A DNA stretch of 64,000 bases from Arenicellales bacterium (GCA_965231905.1 CBDDOO010000002.1:714192-778191); one strand, 5' to 3'; positions 15,435 to 25,455 are shown, numbered from the stretch's first letter. Numbers and translations: made by a program. The notes: generated by a model not told the origin, from the sequence alone.

Positions 15435-16478
15435 ATGAACGACCGGTTTTTAAGGGCGTTGCGACGTCAGCCGGTTGACTGTACGCCGATCTGGATCATG
15501 CGTCAGGCCGGGCGCTACCTGCCGGAATACCGGCAAAGCCGCGCCCGCGCCGGGGATTTTCTGACACTGTGCAAGATGCCCGGTCTGGCCTGTGAAGTGA
15601 CGCTGCAACCGATTCACAGATTCAACCTGGACGCCGCCATTATTTTCTCCGACATTCTGACCATCCCGGATGCCATGGGCCTGGGACTGACGCTGAATGA
15701 AGGAATCGGCCCCCGATTCGAACGCCCGTTGCGGTCGGCGAACGAGGTCGAAAAATTGCCGGAAGTGGAAGTGGAGACCCAACTGGGCTATGTCATGGAA
15801 GCCATCCGGATAACCCGAAGGGAGCTCGAAGGCAAGGTTCCGTTGATCGGATTTGGAGGCAGCCCATGGACCCTGGCCACCTACATGGTCGAAGGAGGGT
15901 CGAGCCGGGATTTCGCGCAGGTCAAGAGCATGATGCATGATCAGCCGGCGACCATGCACCGGTTGTTGCAGAAGATCACCCAAGCGGCGATTGACTATCT
16001 GAAAGCGCAGGTTATGGCGGGGGCACAGGCCATCATGGTGTTCGACACATGGGGCGGAGTGTTGAGTACGCCGGACTACCAGGAATTCTCGCTGGATTAC
16101 ATGGCGCAAATCGTGTCCGCGCTGAAAACGGATCCAGCCTGTTCTGCAACCCCGGTGACCCTGTTTACCAAGGGCGGATCGGGATGGCTGGAGCGAATCG
16201 CGCAAACCGGATGTGACGCGATCGGACTGGACTGGACGGCCTCACTGGGTGAGGCCAGAAAAAGGACAGCAGGAGCGGTTGCCCTGCAAGGCAATATGGA
16301 CCCCACCGTACTCTATGCCTCCAATGACAAGGTGGAGAGGGAAGCGAAGCGCGTACTGGAAGATTTCGGTTCAGGCGAAGGACATATCTTCAACCTCGGC
16401 CACGGCATTCACCCCGGCATAAACCCGGAGCGCGTGCAAACGCTGGTGGAGGCGGTGCACCGGGAGAGTCGGCGGTGA
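15435..16478 (+). CDS. hemE: Uroporphyrinogen decarboxylase
   Basis: [16 protein letters not shown] signature; 347 aa. Confidence 0.93.
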   Translation: MNDRFLRALRRQPVDCTPIWIMRQAGRYLPEYRQSRARAGDFLTLCKMPGLACEVTLQPIHRFNLDAAIIFSDILTIPDAMGLGLTLNEGIGPRFERPLRSANEVEKLPEVEVETQLGYVMEAIRITRRELEGKVPLIGFGGSPWTLATYMVEGGSSRDFAQVKSMMHDQPATMHRLLQKITQAAIDYLKAQVMAGAQAIMVFDTWGGVLSTPDYQEFSLDYMAQIVSALKTDPACSATPVTLFTKGGSGWLERIAQTGCDAIGLDWTASLGEARKRTAGAVALQGNMDPTVLYASNDKVEREAKRVLEDFGSGEGHIFNLGHGIHPGINPERVQTLVEAVHRESRR

Positions 16479-16519
16479 CGGCAGGGGTTGGATAATCGAA
16501 CTTGTCATTCATTTTGTGC

Positions 16520-16810
16520 TCAGGCAAACAAAGACTGGACCTGTAATTGTTCACGACGCTGTTCTGCCTGCCACAAGTCATATTGGCCTTGTTGATTGAT
16601 CCAGCTTTCTGCTGAGGTATTGAAAGCGATGGATAGCCGAACTGCCATTTCCGGGCTGACGCCCGCCCGCCCGTTTACGATTTGACTCAGTGTTTTTCTG
16701 CTCACCCCTAACGCCTCGGCCGCTGATGTGACGGTAAGGTCAAGAGGGTCAAGACAAAGCTCTTTGATAATTTCGCCGGGGTGTGGGGGGTTGTGCATTA
16801 ACATTTTCAC
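16520..16810 (-). CDS. higA: HigA-family (XRE HTH) antitoxin, with no intact toxin partner
   Basis: [54 protein letters not shown] is the typical HigA HTH. Only ~150 nt separate it from the upstream methylase gene. Confidence 0.8.
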   Translation of the reverse strand: MKMLMHNPPHPGEIIKELCLDPLDLTVTSAAEALGVSRKTLSQIVNGRAGVSPEMAVRLSIAFNTSAESWINQQGQYDLWQAEQRREQLQVQSLFA

Positions 16811-16962
16811 TCATGTTCATCAACGGAGGGTTCTGGTATGTCTTTCAGTTAACTTGGTCATCTTCTTTCCTCCTGTTATGGGAAGTATAGTGGATGACCA
16901 TTTACACAGTTTTATTTACACCCTCCCTGATTTTCTATCTGGCATCAACACAAATAAAATAT

Positions 16963-17862
16963 TTATCCATCAAACAAAACCAACTGCTCCTGCTGTTTGA
17001 CGTTGGTAGTTGGATACTCACAGTTTGATACTTTATAGTTTGTGACAAGAGCTTCAACCATGGGATTGCGGTTCTGTTCGCTTCCTCCCACATGGTAAAA
17101 ATGCTCACGGGTATAAATGTTGAACTCGTCCCATAGTGATGCTATGTACTCGTTTTTTCTGAAATCGTTGTGATGCCAGGTGGACAAAATGAATCTTGCT
17201 TTTGATAAGCGAAGACTATCAAATAATATCTGCTCATGCTCACCGTCCCAACCGTTGTAATAATCCACATGTCTGTCAATATAAGGCGGATCACAGTAAA
17301 CAACATCGGAGATGGTTGCTTGTTTGATCGTGTCTTCGAATGACTGACACTTGAAGGTAAAGTCTTTCACCTTCAGTAATCGGGATATATGATCCACCTG
17401 ATTCACAATTTTTGTCACATAGGCTTGAGCAAATCTGTTGGGTTTCTTACAGAAAGGAATATTAAGGCCACCCTTTCGATTAAAGCGAATCATCCCGTTA
17501 AACCCCGAACGGTTCAAAAACAAGAAATCAAGCGGGTGGCGCTTTTCGTTAAATCTTTCGCGTAAGGCGTAATAATGTTTGTCGCCTTTCTCCAGCAGCA
17601 ATGAACCTTCTTCATTCAAGTACTTTCGTACAATCTCCGGGGTTATTTCGCCGGTTTTGATTGAGTTGTAGAAGTCAATCAGATGAGGATTGGTATCACA
17701 CATAACAGCACACTTGGGGGCGATATTAAAGCCCACAACACCGGTTCCCATGAAGGGTTCTATCCATTGCCCTTCGAGTACTTCAGGAACAATACTTTTA
17801 ATCCATGGGATCAGTTTGGTCTTTATTCCTTGCGATTTTATGGGGGGTACATTTACTTTCAA
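16963..17862 (-). CDS. N6-adenine DNA methyltransferase, Dam/D12 class, M.EcoRV-like
   Basis: [30 protein letters not shown] (AdoMet site), [22 protein letters not shown] and [19 protein letters not shown] (DPPY) closely track my recollection of M.EcoRV. Confidence 0.85.
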   Translation of the reverse strand: MKVNVPPIKSQGIKTKLIPWIKSIVPEVLEGQWIEPFMGTGVVGFNIAPKCAVMCDTNPHLIDFYNSIKTGEITPEIVRKYLNEEGSLLLEKGDKHYYALRERFNEKRHPLDFLFLNRSGFNGMIRFNRKGGLNIPFCKKPNRFAQAYVTKIVNQVDHISRLLKVKDFTFKCQSFEDTIKQATISDVVYCDPPYIDRHVDYYNGWDGEHEQILFDSLRLSKARFILSTWHHNDFRKNEYIASLWDEFNIYTREHFYHVGGSEQNRNPMVEALVTNYKVSNCEYPTTNVKQQEQLVLFDG

Positions 17863-17874
17863 TTTTTTACATCC

Positions 17875-18705
17875 TTACGGCGGATGGTTGTTTCGGGGAA
17901 CTACCAGTGATGGGTCGCCATTGCGATATTCAACGAATTCTTTCAGATTTCTAATCTTCCTGGTTCCACCTTTTTTATCTGGAATCGTGATTTTCTCAAA
18001 GTTCATCCAATAATCGTCGAACCATTCTTCTCCCAAACGTGAAAATGTTCCGTGCTCCCCCAGAATATCTTCGATCCGGTTAATACTACCAATGTTGGCT
18101 GTGTTTCCGCTACCACTCTTGTCACTGGCAATTTTCCATTTTTCAGCAACAAAAAACTGAAAGTCCTTAACAACTGATGTTATCGACTTTAATTCATCCA
18201 GTTTGTGGGGCCTGGTTTCGTCTATGGTTGGACTTTCAACGCGGTCATATATGATTCCCAAGCTGAAATGGCCAGTATATGAACCATACGGAAAACGAAT
18301 GTTTTTTGTACTGGCTCTATCCTGAAAATACTTGCCGTGCGAGCCGAGTGTGAATCCGTTACACAGATGCGGCTTATCAGGATTACGGTAGGTTGTCTTG
18401 AAATCCACGGCAAATCTGATTGAATCATTATCAGCTTTCACAAAGGAAATATCCGGGTAGTGATTCTGATGCTCAGCTAAAACAGGTTTATAGCCACACT
18501 TCCGTGAAAACTCCAATATTTTGGGAAATAAATGAATCTCCAAGACTTTTGAGACAATCTTGGTATCCGATGAGATTGTGTAGATGTTTTCAAATACGTC
18601 AATAAATCCCTTCACTGTCCATTGCCCGTCATCGGTACTGATGTACTCCTGAAGGGTTTCAACAAAGTCCTTTAGCTGATCTTCGAATTCCTCCTTGTAT
18701 GTCAT
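17875..18705 (-). CDS. Type II restriction endonuclease, EcoRV family (predicted GATATC)
   Basis: SSDTKIVSKVLE, EHQNHYPDISF, FAVDFKTTY (the D..D-x-K catalytic core), FTLGS, KWKIASDKSGSGNTANIGSI and DDYWMNF align block by block with R.EcoRV as I recall it. It lies 12 nt upstream of the methylase gene. Confidence 0.8.
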   Translation of the reverse strand: MTYKEEFEDQLKDFVETLQEYISTDDGQWTVKGFIDVFENIYTISSDTKIVSKVLEIHLFPKILEFSRKCGYKPVLAEHQNHYPDISFVKADNDSIRFAVDFKTTYRNPDKPHLCNGFTLGSHGKYFQDRASTKNIRFPYGSYTGHFSLGIIYDRVESPTIDETRPHKLDELKSITSVVKDFQFFVAEKWKIASDKSGSGNTANIGSINRIEDILGEHGTFSRLGEEWFDDYWMNFEKITIPDKKGGTRKIRNLKEFVEYRNGDPSLVVPRNNHPP

Positions 18706-18899
18706 CTGGGTCAGCCCAGAGAAATTACGGTTTTTATCGTCATATTTTTATGATGTGTCGATATCGTGTGTGACACTGACCACGAACTCCCCAAAATGTT
18801 CTTGAGATGCTGCCATGACCAACGAATTAGTCCTCCGGGATTCGGGACGGGAGTCGGACGAGTATTGTTAATACTTTTTTGTGCAACGATGACTTCTCT

Positions 18900-19328
18900 T
18901 TAGTAGAAAGATTTGATAATTCCTGTCACCGAATTGGCTATTATTCTGGGCCGATTATTATCTGGCTTCCATGCTTGTTGCTGAAAACATCCACCGGTTG
19001 CAGAATCCCATAATATCATTCGTAAGTTCTTGGTTTTCCGATATGATTCTCTTATGCGTTTTCGTTTCTTCGACAGGAGGCTATATTCTGTCAGAATTAT
19101 TTGTTGATTTGTTATAATCCGTGCTTCTAAAGCATGACGCTCTGTTGTGCTGCCTTTTCCGCCACTTATCCAATACACCGATGACATTTCCATGAAATCG
19201 TATAACCTTCGCTTCAGGTCATCAACACTACGATGATGCAAATGAATTGAGCTTTGGACATAATAATTACCTATCCATCCTATACCGCCGCCCACAACTG
19301 CAGCAATGATCATATAGGGCAGATACAA
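18900..19328 (-). CDS. Hypothetical small membrane protein (one N-terminal TM helix plus a basic helical cytoplasmic domain)
   Basis: MYLPYMIIAAVVGGGIGWIGNYYV is the TM segment. The start is 3 nt after the stop of the upstream STAS-like gene. Confidence 0.6.
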   Translation of the reverse strand: MYLPYMIIAAVVGGGIGWIGNYYVQSSIHLHHRSVDDLKRRLYDFMEMSSVYWISGGKGSTTERHALEARIITNQQIILTEYSLLSKKRKRIRESYRKTKNLRMILWDSATGGCFQQQAWKPDNNRPRIIANSVTGIIKSFY

Positions 19329-19331
19329 GGC

Positions 19332-19676
19332 TTACTTTCCGATGCTTCCAGCACCCTCGATATATTGCCTAGTCAAAGCGATGAAATCCTCTAGCTCTGG
19401 TTCGTTCGTTAATAACTGGAGATGCTCATCAAGGAACACTTTGCTCATACCTTCTACTCGTACCAGACCACCGAAAGCTTCTTCCAGAAACGATGAACCG
19501 AATCCTGCAACCCCATCAAATATAACTTTCAGGACCTTACTATCCTTTAGGGGCGGAACCAAGTGTTCTTCGCGAAACTTTGTCCCATTAAAATCCCCGT
19601 CTTCCAGAAAACGGCCAGCCGGGTACATGGAAAAATCTGTCGCGATGGAAATCGTGATAATTGATTCAGCGCTCAT
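19332..19676 (-). CDS. STAS-like protein (DUF4325-type)
   Basis: YPAGRFLEDGDFNGTKFREEHLVP...VIFDGVAGFGSSFLEEAFGGLV matches the STAS-like DUF4325 pattern as I recall it. The ATG overlaps the upstream GHKL gene by 11 nt. Confidence 0.65.
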   Translation of the reverse strand: MSAESIITISIATDFSMYPAGRFLEDGDFNGTKFREEHLVPPLKDSKVLKVIFDGVAGFGSSFLEEAFGGLVRVEGMSKVFLDEHLQLLTNEPELEDFIALTRQYIEGAGSIGK

Positions 19677-20718
19677 TTTGCAAATTCAGTTTCCACTCAA
19701 TCAGTGTTCCATTCAGGGGACGGTGATGAGATATTTTCTTGTGAATCTTACTACCGTCTGACTTTTTCTTGTAGAGATACTCACCTCTTAAACTTACCAC
19801 ACGATAATGCCCACTACAATTCAATCTATCTAGATATCCGCGTACATCCCTTTGAAGACCATGTCCTCGGTGTGTTTCTTCGCTGCTACTTCTCGATAAA
19901 TCGTGCGCAACTTGAATCAAACCAGCATGATCTCCAGGGAGGAATAATTTAAATTTTTCATAAAAATTGCGCCGCAATGTTTTCGGTATGCCAATTCCCT
20001 GATCATAAATCATGATTGTCACTTCGCGCTTTGTAGAATCATAAGATGCCGACAGCCACCAGTTCTGTAGGTCTCGAAACACCTGATTTTCCTTATAGGC
20101 ATGGTGTGCGACATTTGTCATAGCTTCTGTGATAGCGCCGTAGAGATAGTGTTTGCTTGGTATCTCACCAACAACAGGTTCTAAATCTTTTTTTCGTAGT
20201 AGATAAACGACCCTACCATCAGTTTTCTTTCCAGTTTTAAATTTTATGTATCTGACATTTCTTTCCGTATTCGTTGATTGCATTCCAGACACTTGCAAAA
20301 GCTCGAAAAATCCCATGTCTTTCAGCAAATCTCGCACGTGAGGGTCCCACTCCCCTACATCAACCGATTTGAGATTGGGTTCCCCGGGTTGTTTATTCCA
20401 ACGATCAAGCTCTGCGGCGAGTACTAAAGCAGCTGCTGGAGATAAATTATTAATATTCTTGATATCAATGTATATTCGATAATTTCTTCTCTTTTGACTT
20501 TGCGTGCGAATTTCACTTAGTACCCTGGAGACACCATTGAAGTTTGACCCTAATGAAAAATCTTGTGGGCATGTGATTGTATATGTTGCGGTATCCGTTT
20601 GCGTTTGCGTTTCTGTGCTTTGCCTGTTTCTCTTGTTACTCGGGCCTTTCTCGCGCTTAAATAAATTATAGGTATGTCTTTCATTCCATAATTTCGATTT
20701 TTGCGTCGACTTTTTCAT
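19666..20718 (-). CDS. GHKL (histidine-kinase-like) ATPase of the SpoIIAB/RsbW anti-sigma/serine-kinase type, with an extra N-terminal domain
   Basis: N box AITEAMTNVAHHAY, G1 box MIYDQGIGIP, G2 box THRGHGLQ. The N-terminal segment IDIKNINNLSPAAALVLAAELDRW is reminiscent of a STAS-type element. Confidence 0.7.
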   Translation of the reverse strand: MKKSTQKSKLWNERHTYNLFKREKGPSNKRNRQSTETQTQTDTATYTITCPQDFSLGSNFNGVSRVLSEIRTQSQKRRNYRIYIDIKNINNLSPAAALVLAAELDRWNKQPGEPNLKSVDVGEWDPHVRDLLKDMGFFELLQVSGMQSTNTERNVRYIKFKTGKKTDGRVVYLLRKKDLEPVVGEIPSKHYLYGAITEAMTNVAHHAYKENQVFRDLQNWWLSASYDSTKREVTIMIYDQGIGIPKTLRRNFYEKFKLFLPGDHAGLIQVAHDLSRSSSEETHRGHGLQRDVRGYLDRLNCSGHYRVVSLRGEYLYKKKSDGSKIHKKISHHRPLNGTLIEWKLNLQNER

Positions 20719-20938
20719 CGGATAACTTTGGTGTTTATAACCCGCTTGGCCCGATGCGGATAGAGTTTTTTATCATTCTGATTGTATAGACCTGTTTTTA
20801 TGTAGTGATTGTTCTATATTGATCTGCTCTCACCTTCAGCACAATCCGCTTTTTCCCTAGCTGCGCCAAGAGTTCCAAAAAATCAGTTCATTGCCACTAC
20901 AGTCTATACTCAATGCGTGTCGACCAACTGTTTACACC

Positions 20939-22294
20939 TCACTTCTGCTGTCGCCACTTTCTATATGCGGTCTTCGCAGATGTGGGTACGCTACTTTTAT
21001 CCAATATCTTGACCAATGCACGAAATTGTTCCGCACAATTTTTATGTGTATTGAGCCGGTTTGCGAGTATGCCCTTCTCTTTTGGCAACCCCAACATGAT
21101 CTTTACTTCTCGCGGCGAAAATGATTTCACCATCATACGGTAACTTGGCATTGCCGCATTAGATACCCCATAGGGGTTTCCAACTCCGCATGTGACAACA
21201 GCATCGACAAATACCGGTTGTGCACTTTTGGGTACGCCCGTATCACCAGTTAATTGCACAAGACGTTCCGCAAATGGTGGCTCATTATGGAAATTGTTCC
21301 AACCATTGTGAACGCTCAGTAAGTTTCGACTAGCGGCTGTAATCAAACTATGTAGTTCTACTTCACTTAGGAGCGACATAAGTCCTACAGTTTCGAAAAA
21401 TTGTTGAGATGCTTGATATCGTTTCTCATCACCCTTTGCTCGATAATCTTGATGTCGGTCCAGCAGAAGCGATTGTGTCTTGGGCGAGAACTCGTCTTTG
21501 AAGGATCGACAAATAGATTTCGCGTTTACCCGGGCTTCCTCCCTGGCATCAGGGTCGCAGCATATACCATGCAGCATGCCAAAAATTAATTGCCGTTGTG
21601 TATCAAATGTTCCACGAATTCTATTTTCCCATTCTTCTCGTTGACCCTTTGTGAAGTTTGCCTTATTTAACGCCGTTAGGAGCTTTTTTGTATTTACGCC
21701 CTTTGGGTTTTGTTTACTAGAAAGTGCGTGTTTCTGACACCGGCTTAAAAAATTTATTACCTCATCCTCGTCCACGGTTTCGTCTGAAGGATGTGCCACG
21801 GAATAATTGTTGCGCGTTGCTCGACATTGGTCTAGAAAAAAATAATCTTGGTCAGAAATCAGATTCAAGTTCCGGCATAAATCCAATAACTCAGAGTCCT
21901 TGAGATCTAGCAAGCTTGCTTCGTCGAAAGACTTGTCATCCAAGATCTGTGGAATAACTTCCAGCCCAAACTGCCGCACCTTCTCACGTAGCTCAATAAC
22001 GGCTGCATTCCATATATAATTAATGGCTGAGTCAAAAAGGCCGCTCGCTATCGCAATGCAAGTTTTGACAATTTTGTCGTCACGCAAATGCGGCGGGATT
22101 CGGAAGAGTAAACGCGGCAATTGCGACCATGCATACTCAATTTGGTTACCTGACGCGACAACGTTTCGATTGACTTCCAGGGCCTTGGTCAACTCGTCAA
22201 GCATGTTGCCTGTAATGCTTGAGACCCCCGGCAGATTGACCATCAATTCTGTCGGGGGTACATTACTGGCAACGATATTATTTTTCCGATTCAA
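20939..22294 (-). CDS. Hypothetical 451-aa protein with a putative N-terminal HEPN-like domain
   Basis: CRATRNNYSVAHP fits the HEPN R-x(4-6)-H motif, preceded by the helical segment ASGLFDSAINYIWNAAVIELREKV. The C-terminal ~250 aa is unassigned. Confidence 0.45.
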   Translation of the reverse strand: MNRKNNIVASNVPPTELMVNLPGVSSITGNMLDELTKALEVNRNVVASGNQIEYAWSQLPRLLFRIPPHLRDDKIVKTCIAIASGLFDSAINYIWNAAVIELREKVRQFGLEVIPQILDDKSFDEASLLDLKDSELLDLCRNLNLISDQDYFFLDQCRATRNNYSVAHPSDETVDEDEVINFLSRCQKHALSSKQNPKGVNTKKLLTALNKANFTKGQREEWENRIRGTFDTQRQLIFGMLHGICCDPDAREEARVNAKSICRSFKDEFSPKTQSLLLDRHQDYRAKGDEKRYQASQQFFETVGLMSLLSEVELHSLITAASRNLLSVHNGWNNFHNEPPFAERLVQLTGDTGVPKSAQPVFVDAVVTCGVGNPYGVSNAAMPSYRMMVKSFSPREVKIMLGLPKEKGILANRLNTHKNCAEQFRALVKILDKSSVPTSAKTAYRKWRQQK

Positions 22295-22441
22295 AGAAAA
22301 TAATTCAACCTGATTAGATAGTGATAACCACGGTTCGGTTTTTAAGGATCGCCGAATTATTTCCCTACAAGCCTGTATACATACTCTCCAAGGGAGTTCT
22401 CACCGAATTTTACAGAACGGCATCACCAAGCCAGCCTTCAA

Positions 22442-23299
22442 TCAACCCACAGGAATCGCGTTTTTCATGGTTTTCATGGCCTGTTTTTCGATCTGGCGGA
22501 TTCTTTCCGCTGATACTCCGTACTCATCCGCGAGATCATGCAGGGTGGGTTTGTCATCGCTTAACCATCGCCGGGTGACGATGTCCTTGCTGCGGTCATC
22601 GAGTTTGGCCAGAGCCACGCCAAGTTGTTGCTGCCGTTGCTGTCGGTATTCGTTGTTTCCGATGACAACCTCGGGGTCATAACGGCTGTCTCCGAGGCGC
22701 TGGGAGGGCGCCAGGCGAGCGCTGTCTTCATCCTGGTCCGCAGAGGCGTCGAATGCAACATCGGTACTACTTAATCTCGATTCCATTTCCCGGACGGTAC
22801 GGGTGTCTACGTCCAGGTCATCAGCAAGGCTGGTCACGTCTGCGTCATCCATCCATCCCCATTTGGAGCGGGATTTTCTCAGGTTGAAGAACAGCTTGCG
22901 CTGTGCCTTGGTGGTGGCAACCTTGACGATGCGCCAGTTGCGAAGCACATAATCGTATATTTCAGCCCGTATCCAGTGCACTGCAAATGAAACAAGTCGA
23001 ACGTCACGGGTCGGGTCGAAGCGTTTGACGGCTTTCATCAGTCCGACACTTCCTTCCTGAATCAGGTCGGGTAGCGGCAGGCCGTAACCCATGAACCCTC
23101 GCGCCACCTTGACCACGTATCGAAGATGGGACAATACCAGTTCGCGCGCGGCTTCGAGGTCACCGTCATCACGATAACGTATTGCCAGGTCGTACTCTTG
23201 CTCAGCGGTCAAAATCGGAGCCGCGTTAACCGCTCGCATATAGGCCACCAGACCGCCGTTGTCGGCCAGTTGCATCGGAATGGGTAAGCTTTGCGTCAT
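22442..23299 (-). CDS. rpoH: RNA polymerase sigma-32 (heat-shock sigma factor)
   Basis: RpoH box TKAQRKLFFNLRKSR; regions 2 and 4 of sigma-70 family proteins; 285 aa. Confidence 0.93.
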   Translation of the reverse strand: MTQSLPIPMQLADNGGLVAYMRAVNAAPILTAEQEYDLAIRYRDDGDLEAARELVLSHLRYVVKVARGFMGYGLPLPDLIQEGSVGLMKAVKRFDPTRDVRLVSFAVHWIRAEIYDYVLRNWRIVKVATTKAQRKLFFNLRKSRSKWGWMDDADVTSLADDLDVDTRTVREMESRLSSTDVAFDASADQDEDSARLAPSQRLGDSRYDPEVVIGNNEYRQQRQQQLGVALAKLDDRSKDIVTRRWLSDDKPTLHDLADEYGVSAERIRQIEKQAMKTMKNAIPVG

Positions 23300-23405
23300 C
23301 GAACTGCCAGTATCAGGTTTTGATTATCCTATATTTTAGCGCTCAACGGATTAGAGTGCTAATAATTCTTAAAGTTCCGCAGAATCACTCAATTATTTTT
23401 CTCAT

Positions 23406-24131
23406 TTAAGATCCTTTCTCGACCCATGTCCTGATTTTCAATTCCGCTTCTTTGGCGATCCAGTCCCGGGAATCGCTGGGCGCCAGTAATTCAAAAATCC
23501 GGACGTGAACTCTTATCCTTCCCAGACAGACAATCTGCCACAGGCTTTGCAGGAATGTCATGTTTCTCGCATAACTGACCCTGGGCAGTAAATTACCGTC
23601 CTTGTCCGAATAGCGCAGGGCAACCGGTTGCACGCAGGTCTTGCTGTCAATCGCGGATTGCACCAGCCGTGGATAAAATCGCTTGACGGAGTGTCCGTCT
23701 GTGGTTGTGCCTTCGGGAAAAATCAGGACCGACCGGTTTTTTGATAATGACTCTGAAAGTCTGGCGTTCGCATCCTTTGCTCCCTTGCCTCTGTCGATGA
23801 ACAGCGTTCCCGCTGTTTTTATAATGAATCCCAATACCGGCCAGCGCGCTATTTCACCTTTTGCCAGGAATATAACCGGCAGTTCTGACCCGATCACCGA
23901 AATATCCAGCCAGGAAACGTGGTTGGATACCACCAGCGCTCCGGGAACCGGAGCCGCCCCGCTGAATTTACCTTGAACCCCCACTGCCCGGACGACTCCT
24001 TTATGCCAGATGCGGGCGATTTTCTGATAAAACCCGTATGTCAGAAAAACCGACAGGATGCTACAGACTAATCCTGCGCAAACCAGCAGGCAAAGCAAAA
24101 AAACTTTTGTGCCGCCGACAATCCTGTTCAC
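23406..24131 (-). CDS. Lysophospholipid (1-acyl-glycerol-3-phosphate) acyltransferase family protein
   Basis: NHVSWLD (H-x4-D) and FPEGTT motifs plus an N-terminal TM segment. ORF 23406-24206 overlaps the hslU 3' end, so the start is placed at GTG 24131, just after the hslU stop. Confidence 0.75.
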   Translation of the reverse strand: MNRIVGGTKVFLLCLLVCAGLVCSILSVFLTYGFYQKIARIWHKGVVRAVGVQGKFSGAAPVPGALVVSNHVSWLDISVIGSELPVIFLAKGEIARWPVLGFIIKTAGTLFIDRGKGAKDANARLSESLSKNRSVLIFPEGTTTDGHSVKRFYPRLVQSAIDSKTCVQPVALRYSDKDGNLLPRVSYARNMTFLQSLWQIVCLGRIRVHVRIFELLAPSDSRDWIAKEAELKIRTWVEKGS

Positions 24132-24132
24132 A

Positions 24133-25455
24133 TCAAAGTATGTACCGCGACAGATCCTGATCGTCTGCGAGGTCTTGCAGGTGGCGGTCAACATAATCGA
24201 CATCAATACAGACGGCCTGACCGGACCTGTCGGCAGCTTCGAATGAGACGGTTTCCAGCAAGCGTTCCATCACGGTATGCAGTCTGCGCGCGCCGATATT
24301 TTCGGTCTGCTCGTTTACCTGCCAGGCGACCTCGGCAATGCGCCCGATACCCCGTTCAGTGAACTCGAGTTGCAGGCCCTCGGTCGCCATTAGCGCCTGG
24401 TATTGTTCTGTCAATGAGGCATCCGGTTCAGTCAGTATTCGAACAAAGTCATCACTGTTCAGCACCTTCAATTCGACACGAATCGGAAGTCGACCCTGTA
24501 ATTCAGGAATGAGGTCCGATGGTTTGGACAGTTGAAACGCGCCGGATGCAATAAACAGGATGTGGTCTGTTTTTACCATTCCGTATTTTGTCGACACAGT
24601 CGAGCCTTCGACCAAAGGCAGCAGATCCCGTTGCACTCCTTCCCTGGAAGCGTCCACACCACCGTGGGTTGCGCTGGAACGGTTGACAATTTTGTCGATC
24701 TCATCCAGGAAAACGATTCCATTTTGCTCGACCTTGTCCAGCGCCTGTACCCGGACCTCTTCTTCGTTGATCAGTTTTGCCACTTCTTCTTCGGTCAGCA
24801 GTCTCAACGCTTCCGCTACGGGAACTTTCCGGGTGGTTTTTTTCTGTCCCCCCATATTCTGGAACAGCCCCTGAAGTTGATGGGTCATTTCCTCCATTCC
24901 GGGGGGCGCCATGATTTCCACGCCAATGGAGGTGTTGCTGACCTCGATTTCTATTTCCTTGTGGTTCAGCTTTCCTTCGCGAAGCAGCTTTCTGAATTTC
25001 TGGCGAGCGGCGCCGTCGTCATTAACGGGTTCTCCGCGGGCTGGCGGTAACAGCGTATCCAGAACAATTTCCTCGGCCATATCCTCGGACTTGCTCTTGA
25101 CTTTTTCCATGGCTTGTTCGCGGGTCATTTTCAGGGACATATCCATCAGGTCACGGATAATCGAATCAACCTCTCTGCCGACATACCCCACTTCGGTGAA
25201 TTTGGTTGCTTCGACTTTTATGAATGGCGCGTTGGCCAGTTTGGCCAATCGTCGGGCGATTTCGGTTTTTCCTACTCCGGTGGGTCCGATCATCAGGATA
25301 TTTTTCGGCGTGATTTCTCCGCGCAGGGCTGGATTGACCTGCATTCTTCTCCAGCGATTCCTCAGCGCAATCGCAACCGAACGCTTTGCCGCATTTTGGG
25401 CAATGATATGCTTGTCCAGTTCTTCGACAATTTCTCTGGGGGTCATTTCAGTCAT
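24133..25455 (-). CDS. hslU: ATP-dependent protease ATPase subunit HslU
   Basis: [34 protein letters not shown], Walker [16 protein letters not shown]; 440 aa; downstream of hslV. Confidence 0.95.
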   Translation of the reverse strand: MTEMTPREIVEELDKHIIAQNAAKRSVAIALRNRWRRMQVNPALRGEITPKNILMIGPTGVGKTEIARRLAKLANAPFIKVEATKFTEVGYVGREVDSIIRDLMDMSLKMTREQAMEKVKSKSEDMAEEIVLDTLLPPARGEPVNDDGAARQKFRKLLREGKLNHKEIEIEVSNTSIGVEIMAPPGMEEMTHQLQGLFQNMGGQKKTTRKVPVAEALRLLTEEEVAKLINEEEVRVQALDKVEQNGIVFLDEIDKIVNRSSATHGGVDASREGVQRDLLPLVEGSTVSTKYGMVKTDHILFIASGAFQLSKPSDLIPELQGRLPIRVELKVLNSDDFVRILTEPDASLTEQYQALMATEGLQLEFTERGIGRIAEVAWQVNEQTENIGARRLHTVMERLLETVSFEAADRSGQAVCIDVDYVDRHLQDLADDQDLSRYIL

